Part shown: positions 9,370 through 17,817 of the stretch, piece after piece
How positions within the stretch are numbered: the stretch's first letter is position 1
Layout: each line of letters opens with the position of its first letter
Virus record (IMG/VR): IMGVR_UViG_3300027969_000040
Length of the DNA stretch: 64,000 nt
From: a virus
Lineage: Duplodnaviria > Caudoviricetes
Direction: 5' to 3' (one strand)
Translations under genes and position numbers: made by a program
The notes under the pieces: model-generated
Seen by the model: the letters and a program-made list of their open reading frames with translations, nothing else
Told to the model about the DNA's origin: nothing
Database searches by the model: none

Positions 9370-9375
9370 TATTTA
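9370..9375 (-). promoter_or_regulatory. Late promoter core TAAATA for the sheath gene
   Basis: AATAAATAAC followed by an AAAGGA Shine-Dalgarno and the ATG at 9338. Confidence 0.65.
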
Positions 9376-9428
9376 TTTTCTGATTGCAAAATCATGGCTA
9401 TTAGCGATCCTTTATCCGGTCCTTTACG

Positions 9429-9436
9429 TATAAGTA
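9429..9436 (+). promoter_or_regulatory. Variant late promoter TATAAGTA
   Basis: One mismatch to TATAAATA, 6 nt before the ATG at 9443, divergent from the sheath promoter. Confidence 0.4.
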
Positions 9437-9442
9437 TATAAT

Positions 9443-9808
9443 ATGCCCAATCAAAAACTAATATCTAAAAAATTATGCCCTGTATGTAAATTTTATCACG
9501 TGGCTGTCAATTATCATCGGCACGGTAAAGTATATTATCGCGCAATGTGTACATCGTGTATACACAAAGGAAAAAAAATTAAACCTGAGGCTCCAAATTG
9601 GTATAAATCTGGATACAGGAAAACGGAAAAATGTGATAAGTGCGGGTTTAAATTTAAATTTTTAGGACAAGCAAACGTCTATTACACTGACGGTAACGAA
9701 AATAACGCCAATTGGTCTAATCTAAAAACTATATGTTTAAACTGTCAAGTTGAAATAAAAAATATCACTACATCATGGACACCTGGAAATATTATACCAG
9801 ATTTTTAA
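9443..9808 (+). CDS. Zinc-binding HNH-like protein with degenerate catalytic residues
   Basis: Four CxxC pairs (CPVC, CTSC, CDKC, CLNC). The HNH-like segment VYYTDGNENNANWSNLKTICLNCQ has Y and Q where the histidines are expected. Confidence 0.65.
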   Translation: MPNQKLISKKLCPVCKFYHVAVNYHRHGKVYYRAMCTSCIHKGKKIKPEAPNWYKSGYRKTEKCDKCGFKFKFLGQANVYYTDGNENNANWSNLKTICLNCQVEIKNITTSWTPGNIIPDF

Positions 9809-10397
9809 GTTGAGCATACATATCTTCTATGCCGTTGTTATTGTGAATAACAGCATCAAAGTTTGCACCTGCCCAAGAAGTTTCGCTAGGATGAATGTTA
9901 TGTAGTGCTTGAGCAGCGTATATATTGCCCTGATTGGCTTTGACTGCAATATCATACCACCAAGGAAGTTCACCCCGTTGTATCCAAATTATAATACCGT
10001 TTTGTTCTTTAATGGATTTAATTTCGTTGGGGAAACGGCAATCGCTAATAACTACATTGTCTTTACTGTTTCGTAGCTTATTTTCTAAGCTAGCAATCCA
10101 TATGTCATCGTGGAATGTTTTACGGCATACTTCTGTGCCCCAGTTTTGTAGCACCCATCTAGGAGTTAATTCAGATATACCAAGACGTTCACTCCACCAT
10201 AAGTCTGGTTGTTCGCGCCATTCACGAGCCTGTTTGGTACGTCCTTCAAGCAATTCTCTATCCCATCCAAAGATAGCACTTATTGCATCTTTTAATGTAC
10301 TTGCAAAACTTTCGCGGCGAAATTCATGGAAGTTAACTAGATAATCCGCTGCTGTGTCTTTTCCAGATCCAATGAATCCGCATATTCCTATAATCAT
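9792..10397 (-). CDS. gp1: Deoxynucleoside monophosphate kinase (T4 gp1-like)
   Basis: P-loop IIGICGFIGSGKDT, then FA..LKD, R..LQ.WGTE, W, and ISDCRFPNE...I, H.SE motifs. Confidence 0.92.
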   Translation of the reverse strand: MIIGICGFIGSGKDTAADYLVNFHEFRRESFASTLKDAISAIFGWDRELLEGRTKQAREWREQPDLWWSERLGISELTPRWVLQNWGTEVCRKTFHDDIWIASLENKLRNSKDNVVISDCRFPNEIKSIKEQNGIIIWIQRGELPWWYDIAVKANQGNIYAAQALHNIHPSETSWAGANFDAVIHNNNGIEDMYAQLKNLV

Positions 10398-10399
10398 AA

Positions 10400-10423
10400 A
10401 AAATGCCCTCTTAAGGGCATTTT
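10400..10423. terminator. Hairpin/terminator between the 123-aa gene and the dNMP kinase
   Basis: AAAATGCCC-TCTTAA-GGGCATTTT inverted repeat with a T-run. Confidence 0.65.
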
Positions 10424-10447
10424 AGCATATTCTTTGGTTAGTGTCAA
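10419..10447 (-). promoter_or_regulatory. Sigma70-type early promoter for the dNMP kinase
   Basis: TTGACA-17 nt-TAAAAT with an extended -10 (TGn) on the minus strand. Confidence 0.75.
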
Positions 10448-10449
10448 TG

Positions 10450-10821
10450 TTACACGCCGTACTTATTTTTTTTAATTTTTGCAGTAGTACTAACTCTGTT
10501 TACACCGGGCACTTCTTGACTTCGGCTACTACTCCAAGTTTGTTTACTACCGTCTCCAACTTGTGCGGCCGCTGCATTAATCATATCCATTTCTTCCTTG
10601 GTGTAAGGTGCTAGTAACGGGTCCCCTGCAATGTAATTATCTGCTTTAGTGGGATAGTCAGGAGCACCTGCTAATGCAATACCAAATCGATAGTTTTTGT
10701 ACGCCGAGCCAGAGCTTGCATTTTGGTCAGGAAAAGTAGTTAGATTTTGAATTGGTGCTTCGTGCTCGGGATTTAGTGGTGCCATCCCACCAGTTTCAAG
10801 TATAATATCTTTAATTTTCAT
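10450..10821 (-). CDS. Small conserved phage protein, possible internal head protein
   Basis: N-terminus MKIKDIILE resembles a targeting peptide; GATAAATA late promoter core at 10829-10834. Confidence 0.5.
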   Translation of the reverse strand: MKIKDIILETGGMAPLNPEHEAPIQNLTTFPDQNASSGSAYKNYRFGIALAGAPDYPTKADNYIAGDPLLAPYTKEEMDMINAAAAQVGDGSKQTWSSSRSQEVPGVNRVSTTAKIKKNKYGV

Positions 10822-10831
10822 AGTAACCTAT

Positions 10832-11965
10832 TTATCCAATTATCCAAGTTAACGGTTGGCCGCCGTCAACATAGTTCTTAAGATCGTTTTCTAATTGTTC
10901 CATCTCCGCCAATGCTTCGGATTTTAATGCATCGCCATTTAATGTAGTACCACCCTGCGGTCCTGCAATTTGTGCAAATTTACTACGTGCTTCACCTAAT
11001 ATTCTTTTAGCAAAACTATATGCATAATCTTGCAACCAAGGATATGCCATATGATCATTTAATAACATTGCATCCGGTTTATAATTGTATGTATGCAGTA
11101 ATACAGATTCCGACGGCACATCCGTTGACGGGCTCCATACTTGTGTACTACGAAGATTAAATGTTGTCACAGTAGTGTCTTGCAATTGATTTATCGCAGT
11201 AATTGTAATAGTTTTACTCAATCCGTTAACTGTTCTAATTTGATAATATCCGTTATATCCAGCAACCTTACAGTTAGAAATAGCCAAACTACTGCCTACT
11301 TGAACGTCCCACGCATCTTCGGTAACAATAGAAATTGTACTACCAACAGTTTGGGCATTAGCTGTCATGGATGACAATCTGATGTAACTATGCCCGGTTG
11401 AGGGCATTTTACGAATTAATGTTATTTTTTTAGTTGTTGGATTCCATGTAAAATTCATGTATCCACCAAACATTTTCATTGATTGTTCTTGATATTGGGC
11501 AAACAATTCATAATTGGCAAGTCCACCAAGACGGCCTGCTTGCAACATATACGTATTCAAATAACCACTGGCAAATGGCTCAAATTGACTAGCTGTGGTC
11601 CCAGTTACACTACCGATACCTCTACGAAATACTTGCTTAACTGTAATAATTTCACTAGGTAGAATATACTCTTGAGTCTCAGGTAGCAAATTTAAAAATG
11701 CATAGCTTTCCTCAACCGCATTTTGTGATCGTTGACGGTATTTTATTAATGCTTGTTTAATAGCTAAGAAGTAGTGTTCTTGGTCTAGCTCAACGTCGAC
11801 TATGCCATCAGCCAATCTAAGACGAATATAATCAATTACTTCATTACGTTTTGCATCAAGTGCCGTTAGCAAAGTTTCGTCGAACGCAATTGGTCCCGGC
11901 CCACCTAGGCTATCAGCACTAATACTTTGAGTTATTGGATCTAGTCCGGGTTTAAGTGTGGCCAT
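10832..11965 (-). CDS. gp13: Neck / head-tail adaptor protein (T4 gp13-like) with an inserted beta-sandwich module
   Basis: Motifs YIRLRL.DG.VDVELD, LGEARSKF..IAGPQGG.TLNGD.LK.EA..EME.LE; an insert of about 95 aa after TKKITLIRK. Confidence 0.8.
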   Translation of the reverse strand: MATLKPGLDPITQSISADSLGGPGPIAFDETLLTALDAKRNEVIDYIRLRLADGIVDVELDQEHYFLAIKQALIKYRQRSQNAVEESYAFLNLLPETQEYILPSEIITVKQVFRRGIGSVTGTTASQFEPFASGYLNTYMLQAGRLGGLANYELFAQYQEQSMKMFGGYMNFTWNPTTKKITLIRKMPSTGHSYIRLSSMTANAQTVGSTISIVTEDAWDVQVGSSLAISNCKVAGYNGYYQIRTVNGLSKTITITAINQLQDTTVTTFNLRSTQVWSPSTDVPSESVLLHTYNYKPDAMLLNDHMAYPWLQDYAYSFAKRILGEARSKFAQIAGPQGGTTLNGDALKSEALAEMEQLENDLKNYVDGGQPLTWIIG

Positions 11966-11981
11966 TTAGATAATTTCCTAT

Positions 11982-12019
11982 TCTGTTGCTAAGTATTTAG
12001 CCATATACTTAGCAACAGA
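11982..12019. promoter_or_regulatory. 15-bp perfect inverted repeat containing the late promoter core (CTAAATAC, 11994-11999) of the neck gene
   Basis: TCTGTTGCTAAGTAT-ttagccat-ATACTTAGCAACAGA; no U-tract on the minus strand; the Shine-Dalgarno follows immediately. Confidence 0.7.
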
Positions 12020-12027
12020 TACCCAAC

Positions 12028-13203
12028 TTATGCTACTTTTAATAGTAAAACATCATGGTTGATACGCCCATTAAGTTTAACCTCAACTGCCTTAATGTCC
12101 TTGATAAAGGTACGTAATGCAACCTTGCCCGCCTTTGCAAAATCAGACAATTGCTCTGCGGGTTTACGCAATGTTTTAGAAACACTCTTATCAAGATCAA
12201 ATCCTACAATAGTAGATCCTTTGATGGCCAAAGTTTGATAGCTTGATGCTACATATTTTCCTAACTTACGTGTTTTAGGATTGTAAACCCACAACTCTGC
12301 GGCACCAATTATAGTAGCAGGATTAATGCTAACAATTTTAAGCGATTTGTCCTCTTTAGCGTATTTAAGTTTAGCAACCAGTTTTTCTTTGCTAGGTGCT
12401 TTACGAACCGCTGCTTTTTTAGTTGCCTTTTTAACATCACGATATTGCTCAATTGCTGCCAGCAATGAATCGATCCAAGCGATGATACGTCGGAAGTCTG
12501 CTGCCTTAAGGAACTTATATCCTTCAATCAACTGCTCATCTTCTTTAGACTGAGCACGAATAAATTCGTCGCGATGTGATTCAAATACTGCTTGATACTT
12601 ACCCAATTGGCTTTGCGGTACTTTGTTAACTGTTAGAAAGTCGTAGGCTTTAAAATCTGATTTAACATTAGTCACAACATCGTCAAATGCCCCTTCAATT
12701 TCTCCAATTGTGTCGGCTGTTTTTTCATTTAAACGATCTTGGATTGTGGGACGATAAACTTCACCACCTTTAATTACTACCGCAGTTTCCTCGGCAGGTT
12801 CTAAATCAATTCGAGCAATAACATTGTTAATGCTGGTATTTAAAAACTCAATATGACGAGCACGTAGAGGCATGCCAATTCGATTAGCCATTACTAGACT
12901 GCATGCTGTCATTGGCAACCATTTGTCGCTTGCACGTTCAAAACTTCTAATCTGATCTTTATCAAAGTCTTTGGTAGACTTCATCCACTCCACTACATAC
13001 TTCTTGCAATCTTTTTGATTGTAGTAGTAATTGTAATAATAAAAACTTTGTCGTAAGTGGTGATCAAACTCATCGTCTGTAAATTCTTCTGCTCGATTGG
13101 CATCCCATTGGGGCTCACCACCTGTGTATTTTTCATCTACAAACAAAGGATTACGGGTTTTATGTACTTTTGTTTTAATTTTAACGCCAGCTACTATTGC
13201 CAT
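12028..13203 (-). CDS. Hypothetical protein, early-expressed, with a basic C-terminal domain
   Basis: 391-aa ORF with a GGAG Shine-Dalgarno and a perfect sigma70 promoter; C-terminus KTLRKP...LNGRIN..VLLLKV; function not recognised. Confidence 0.7.
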   Translation of the reverse strand: MAIVAGVKIKTKVHKTRNPLFVDEKYTGGEPQWDANRAEEFTDDEFDHHLRQSFYYYNYYYNQKDCKKYVVEWMKSTKDFDKDQIRSFERASDKWLPMTACSLVMANRIGMPLRARHIEFLNTSINNVIARIDLEPAEETAVVIKGGEVYRPTIQDRLNEKTADTIGEIEGAFDDVVTNVKSDFKAYDFLTVNKVPQSQLGKYQAVFESHRDEFIRAQSKEDEQLIEGYKFLKAADFRRIIAWIDSLLAAIEQYRDVKKATKKAAVRKAPSKEKLVAKLKYAKEDKSLKIVSINPATIIGAAELWVYNPKTRKLGKYVASSYQTLAIKGSTIVGFDLDKSVSKTLRKPAEQLSDFAKAGKVALRTFIKDIKAVEVKLNGRINHDVLLLKVA

Positions 13204-13234
13204 AGATATACTCCGTTTTGTTAGTTAAGCTGCT

Positions 13235-13263
13235 ATTATAGCAGGTTCGGACCCACTTGTCAA
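13235..13263 (-). promoter_or_regulatory. Perfect-consensus sigma70 early promoter
   Basis: TTGACA-agtgggtccgaacctgc (17 nt)-TATAAT with TGn extension. Confidence 0.9.
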
Positions 13264-13321
13264 GCAAAAAATGGGCCATTTTAGCAAATTTATTTATAAA
13301 AATCAAACTTAAATAAATCCA

Positions 13322-13327
13322 TAAATA
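13322..13327 (+). promoter_or_regulatory. Late promoter core TAAATA (CATAAATAG)
   Basis: Upstream of a GGAG Shine-Dalgarno and the GTG start at 13353. Confidence 0.65.
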
Positions 13328-13352
13328 GTTATATTAGCATCGGAGATTTATT

Positions 13353-14456
13353 GTGCCAAGATTAAGTTTATGGAAAGATGGTAATCACTCTTCGGATTAC
13401 AAATTCTTTGATCGCAGGATTTCAGAGATGTTTACCATTGGAGGCACCGGTGTTTTAATACACAAATATCAAGGAACAATTGATCAAGGACCCACCAATG
13501 ATAGAACATTACCCCAATATACAAATCAAAGCGAAATGAATATACAAGATTTACTATTCTTAGAAAATAGAGATCGAAAATATGATACTAGTGTTTACGA
13601 AATGCGCGGCCATTATCAAGTAACAGATAATGATTTCGACTTAACACAATTTGGATTGTTTTTACAAACCGGTACATTATTCATGACCTTTCATATCAAT
13701 GATATGATATCTATATTAGGTCGTAAATTAATGAACGGCGATGTACTTGAAATGATGCACCTGATTGATTATGATACATTAAACACCGAGTTGCCAATTG
13801 CATTAAAACGATTTTTTGTAGTCGGCGATACTACAAAAGCATCCGAGGGATTTAGTCCAACTTGGTGGCCACATTTATGGCGTTGTAAAATTAATCCAAT
13901 GGTAGATAGTCAAGAATATAAAGATATACTAAACACTATTACAGTAAGTGATACAGATCCCACTCCAATAAAAGATATATTAAGTATATACGATAAAAAA
14001 TTATCAATTAACGAAGCAATACTACAACAAGCCGAAGATGAAGTTCCAAAAAGTGGATATTATGTTAATAACTTATATAACTACGTACCAGACGACCAAC
14101 CCACTCCTCCTACTAAAATTCAAGGAGCATTAAGTGGTGATGGAGTAACCCCCAACGGCTATCCAGTAACACAGGGTATTAGTTTTCCTGCATCACCAGT
14201 ACTAGGAGACTTTTGTTTAAGACTTGATTATTTGCCTAATAGGTTATTCAGATACGATGGTAAACGTTGGCTAAAAATTGAGGACGCTGTACGCAGTAAT
14301 TTAACTAAAGGCGCTGTTGATAATAGTACTTTACGTCATAGTTTTATTAATAATGATAATACCTGGGTTGATGTTAATGGTATCATTAATCCACAACGAC
14401 AAAATTTAAATGATGTACTCAGAATAAGGCCAGACGCTCCGCCAACACCTCCATAA
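13353..14456 (+). CDS. gp14: Neck / head-closure protein (T4 gp14-like)
   Basis: Motifs FDL.QFGLFL, TLFMTFH, GRKLM.GDVLE, W.PHLWR; lies immediately before a gp15-like gene. The assignment rests partly on synteny. Confidence 0.65.
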   Translation: MPRLSLWKDGNHSSDYKFFDRRISEMFTIGGTGVLIHKYQGTIDQGPTNDRTLPQYTNQSEMNIQDLLFLENRDRKYDTSVYEMRGHYQVTDNDFDLTQFGLFLQTGTLFMTFHINDMISILGRKLMNGDVLEMMHLIDYDTLNTELPIALKRFFVVGDTTKASEGFSPTWWPHLWRCKINPMVDSQEYKDILNTITVSDTDPTPIKDILSIYDKKLSINEAILQQAEDEVPKSGYYVNNLYNYVPDDQPTPPTKIQGALSGDGVTPNGYPVTQGISFPASPVLGDFCLRLDYLPNRLFRYDGKRWLKIEDAVRSNLTKGAVDNSTLRHSFINNDNTWVDVNGIINPQRQNLNDVLRIRPDAPPTPP

Positions 14457-14457
14457 C

Positions 14458-16032
14458 ATGAACAATACATATTTTTACTCAGGACAGATACGTCGATTCT
14501 TACAACAATTTGTAAGAATACTTAGCAATTTCCAAGTCTCGCTCGGAAAAGATAGAGATGGGAACGTGCATCTTTTACAGGTTCCTATTTACTACGGAGA
14601 CAGTAGTAGACAAGCCTCGAGCATATTACGCAACAATAGTGAAAATGCGTTACCCACTGTTCCTGCTATGTCAATTTATATAACAGGATTCCGTTACGAC
14701 CAAAAAAGGATGCAGGAACCATTCCATGTAAGTAAAGTACAAGTAACCGAACGTGCAGTAGATCCACAGGGAAACCAAACCTCTGCAGCAGGTAATCCGT
14801 TGACTGTGGAAAGAATAATGCCAGTCCCGTATTTGCTAACTATAAAATGCGATATTTGGACTAGTAATACAGATCAGAAATTACAACTATTTGAGCAAAT
14901 TGCTGTGCTGTTTAATCCAAGTTTAGATATACAAAGCTCTGATAATTATATTGATTGGACTAGTTTGAGTTATATCACATTAACAGATGTTAACTTTTCT
15001 AGTAGAGTTGTTCCCACTGGTACAGAAGATCCAATTGATATAGGTACAATGACATTTGAATTACCGGTTTGGATTTCTCCTCCGGCTAAAGTTAAAAACA
15101 TGGGGGTTATTCAACGCTTTATTAGTAGTACATGGGATACTACTGATATTACGCATGAACTTAATCGGCCGGGTGGTGGCATAATTGGCGGCGGTGCCGG
15201 TAATGGTGGTTATGGCACTCCTAATGTAAACTCTGTTGCTGGTATTCAAGCAGGTAATCCTGCATCTATTGCCGGTATTCGAGCAGGCAATTCTGCATTT
15301 GCTGCAAGTGGGTCAGTTGGAGACGAAGGTGGTAATGCATATAGCCCCGGGGATCTAATGGCTAAGTCTGTGTATACTCCTGTTGGAATTAATATTCTCT
15401 ATCTTGGAAATACGCTGAGACTAATAAAATCAGTTCAAGAAAGTAGCTTTAAAATAGATTTGCCGGCTACCTTTACACCCGGCGGCAATTCGTATGCAAA
15501 CGAATATAGTTGGGTGCTATTGTTTAGAAACTACGGCGGATTAACTAATGGCATAAGTCGAGTTATACTTGAGCAAGATAATGCTACTATTGTTGGTACT
15601 GTTTCACATCATCCAACAGACGAAAGTTTGCTACTTTTTACTCCAATCGTCGATACACTACCGGCTAATACATTATCACCAGTTGATGCTATAATTGATC
15701 CAAGAAGTGTAGTTGTTGACTCGGATATATTAAATCCAGAGTCTGGTACCAGATTTTTAATCTTAAACGACATAGGATCTCCGGGCGACAGCGAAGGCGC
15801 AATTGCATGGAATAAGCCTAACAAACCATTTTTAGTTGCAAAATCAAATGATATAATTGAATTTTCCAATGGTCAATGGAATGTAGTATTCGAATGCCTA
15901 GCAAATACCGCAGTGGAATACATAACTAATTTAAGAACAAATACTCAATACAAATGGAAAGATCAACAATGGACAAAATCAGTAGAAGGCCGCTACGGGT
16001 CAGGGGCCTGGAGAGTCATCCCTCGTCCGTAA
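14458..16032 (+). CDS. gp15: Tail completion / sheath terminator protein (T4 gp15-like) with a C-terminal extension
   Basis: Motifs YFY..QIRRFL.QF, VPI.YG, P.MS..I....YD..R, PVPY.L.I..DIW, QL.EQI..LFNP, TMTFEL..WI.PP. Confidence 0.8.
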   Translation: MNNTYFYSGQIRRFLQQFVRILSNFQVSLGKDRDGNVHLLQVPIYYGDSSRQASSILRNNSENALPTVPAMSIYITGFRYDQKRMQEPFHVSKVQVTERAVDPQGNQTSAAGNPLTVERIMPVPYLLTIKCDIWTSNTDQKLQLFEQIAVLFNPSLDIQSSDNYIDWTSLSYITLTDVNFSSRVVPTGTEDPIDIGTMTFELPVWISPPAKVKNMGVIQRFISSTWDTTDITHELNRPGGGIIGGGAGNGGYGTPNVNSVAGIQAGNPASIAGIRAGNSAFAASGSVGDEGGNAYSPGDLMAKSVYTPVGINILYLGNTLRLIKSVQESSFKIDLPATFTPGGNSYANEYSWVLLFRNYGGLTNGISRVILEQDNATIVGTVSHHPTDESLLLFTPIVDTLPANTLSPVDAIIDPRSVVVDSDILNPESGTRFLILNDIGSPGDSEGAIAWNKPNKPFLVAKSNDIIEFSNGQWNVVFECLANTAVEYITNLRTNTQYKWKDQQWTKSVEGRYGSGAWRVIPRP

Positions 16033-16445
16033 CCGAAGGAGTTGGTGCGCTAATTTACGCTAAAAATAGCCAACGATATTTATTCCTACTCAGAGCATCG
16101 GGCAGCTGGCCACTGACGTGGGGACTTGCCGGTGGTAAAATTGATTTCGATGAGAATTCATCGAAAGCATTAATGAGAGAAATTAGGGAAGAACTCGATG
16201 GAGAAATACTCGATCCAAAGTTTATACCTATAGAAATGTTCACTAGTAGCAACGAACGATTTGTATATCACACTTTTTTTATTGCAGTTGATTTTGAATT
16301 TGTACCTAAACTCAACAACGAACATTTAGGATATGCATGGGTTCCTTTGGGTGCAGTGCCCAAACCAATGCATCCAGGACTTTACAGAACATTTAATTCT
16401 GAAGAGATTTATAAAAAAATTCAGATAGCACAATTAAATTGTTAA
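15954..16445 (+). CDS. NUDIX hydrolase; true start uncertain, overlaps the end of gp15
   Basis: Nudix box GLAGGKIDFDENSSKALMREIREEL, followed by EH..YAW. Confidence 0.88.
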   Translation: MERSTMDKISRRPLRVRGLESHPSSVTEGVGALIYAKNSQRYLFLLRASGSWPLTWGLAGGKIDFDENSSKALMREIREELDGEILDPKFIPIEMFTSSNERFVYHTFFIAVDFEFVPKLNNEHLGYAWVPLGAVPKPMHPGLYRTFNSEEIYKKIQIAQLNC

Positions 16446-16462
16446 TGCCTGTAACACCATTG

Positions 16463-17125
16463 TCATTTGGGTAAATAATAACTATCCATTTTTGTACGGT
16501 GTACTAATAAATAACCATGAGCACGTAACCATTCATAAACTCTTGCTGTAGTCGAATCAAAAAAACTACGCTCTACAATTATTCCAGGATGGTATTGATT
16601 GATTGTATTAACCGCCCCAGTTAATACTTCAAGCTCATACCCTTCAACATCTAATAATATTAAAGAACATTCTTTTAATTGTAAAGAATCTATTGTTGTG
16701 ACAGAAACCGATATATGCTGCTGTACGGGCAGAGGATAAACAGGCCTATTAATTGTTTTATCCCATATCCTATGCTGTCCTGTAGTACCTACTTCTTCTA
16801 GTATAATTATGCCAGATTGTTTTCCTAATGCAGAATCAAATTTATGTATATTATCTTTAGTACAATTAGCAGATAGACAAATAAAATTTATAGGGTGTGG
16901 TTCAAATGTATAAACCTCTTTGAATATTTCACTTAAACATCTAGGGTACAATCCTTGATGCCCGCCGGCTTGCACAACTGTACCAAAAGATTTTGATACT
17001 TTATTTAGATTGCCGCGTATCTCATACCAGCCTTGTACTATATTATCCCAGGTCCCTTCACCGGGACTGATATCATCAACAGTCCATGGACCTATATTGT
17101 CAACAAGCTGATCTCGAATATACAT
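16463..17125 (-). CDS. FkbM-family SAM-dependent methyltransferase
   Basis: Motifs VVQAGGHQGLY, VYTFEP...NF, ALG, TTIDSL, LILLDVEGYELEVL.GA..TI...P.I..E. Confidence 0.88.
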   Translation of the reverse strand: MYIRDQLVDNIGPWTVDDISPGEGTWDNIVQGWYEIRGNLNKVSKSFGTVVQAGGHQGLYPRCLSEIFKEVYTFEPHPINFICLSANCTKDNIHKFDSALGKQSGIIILEEVGTTGQHRIWDKTINRPVYPLPVQQHISVSVTTIDSLQLKECSLILLDVEGYELEVLTGAVNTINQYHPGIIVERSFFDSTTARVYEWLRAHGYLLVHRTKMDSYYLPK

Positions 17126-17817
17126 TATCGTTTAACAAAGTGGTAGTCACCGTCTGGGCCATTGTTACTAAACAGTCCCATGCATTCAAATCCAATGCTG
17201 TTCATGTATTCAATTACAGTATCCCTTAAAGGTGCACCTTTGTTATATTCAACAATTTGCAATTCTAATATAACATGCTCAACTGATTGTAATGTTTCAA
17301 CTGCACCTTTGAGTACGTCCAGTTCTGCACCCTGAACATCCATCTTAATTAACTGTGGCATAGGAAAAGACTTTTGACGTCTAACATCATCTAATGTAAC
17401 AGTAGTTAATCTGCGACGATGTGATTCATTGAACACTTCAGTGTAGTTAATTGCAGCCAATATTTCTGGGTTTTCTTTGTAGTAGCTGTTGCCGCCAGGA
17501 TGATAATCGTTTTGATAAAAATCAACTTCTTTTCCGCTAACATCGCTGCATACTCCAATATTATATTTTAACCCTTGTTCTTTGAATAGAAATTCACTTG
17601 CATCCATTGCTTCAAAAGCTACAAAATCTGTAGTAGGCCATATTAGTCGAGCTTCGTTTGTCCAATGCAATACACATGCACCAACATCATAAACAACTGT
17701 AGGATTAAAATTATATTCTCGTTGCAGATGCATGAGATACATAATATGATTCCTAGGGATAGGCCTTTGATTTCCTAACTCTCGAAGATGAGTTTGTTTT
17801 TCTTCTAATGTAGTCAT
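17125..17817 (-). CDS. FkbM-family SAM-dependent methyltransferase
   Basis: Motifs VYDVGAC, FEA, TVTLDD, LIKMDVQGAELDVLKGA, VILE; TAATG stop/start overlaps at both ends. Confidence 0.88.
   Translation of the reverse strand: MTTLEEKQTHLRELGNQRPIPRNHIMYLMHLQREYNFNPTVVYDVGACVLHWTNEARLIWPTTDFVAFEAMDASEFLFKEQGLKYNIGVCSDVSGKEVDFYQNDYHPGGNSYYKENPEILAAINYTEVFNESHRRRLTTVTLDDVRRQKSFPMPQLIKMDVQGAELDVLKGAVETLQSVEHVILELQIVEYNKGAPLRDTVIEYMNSIGFECMGLFSNNGPDGDYHFVKR

Noticed and set aside
9369-9395. Eight-codon upstream ORF (MILQSENK) ending in the sheath late promoter, preceded by two AAAGGA motifs
   Set aside because: The Shine-Dalgarno spacing is 12 nt and the ORF lies upstream of the predicted transcription start; it could easily be chance in AT-rich DNA.
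13204-13352. tRNA or structured ncRNA in the largest intergenic gaps (also 5791-5930)
   Set aside because: I saw no cloverleaf or T-loop motif; the gaps are accounted for by promoters and terminators.
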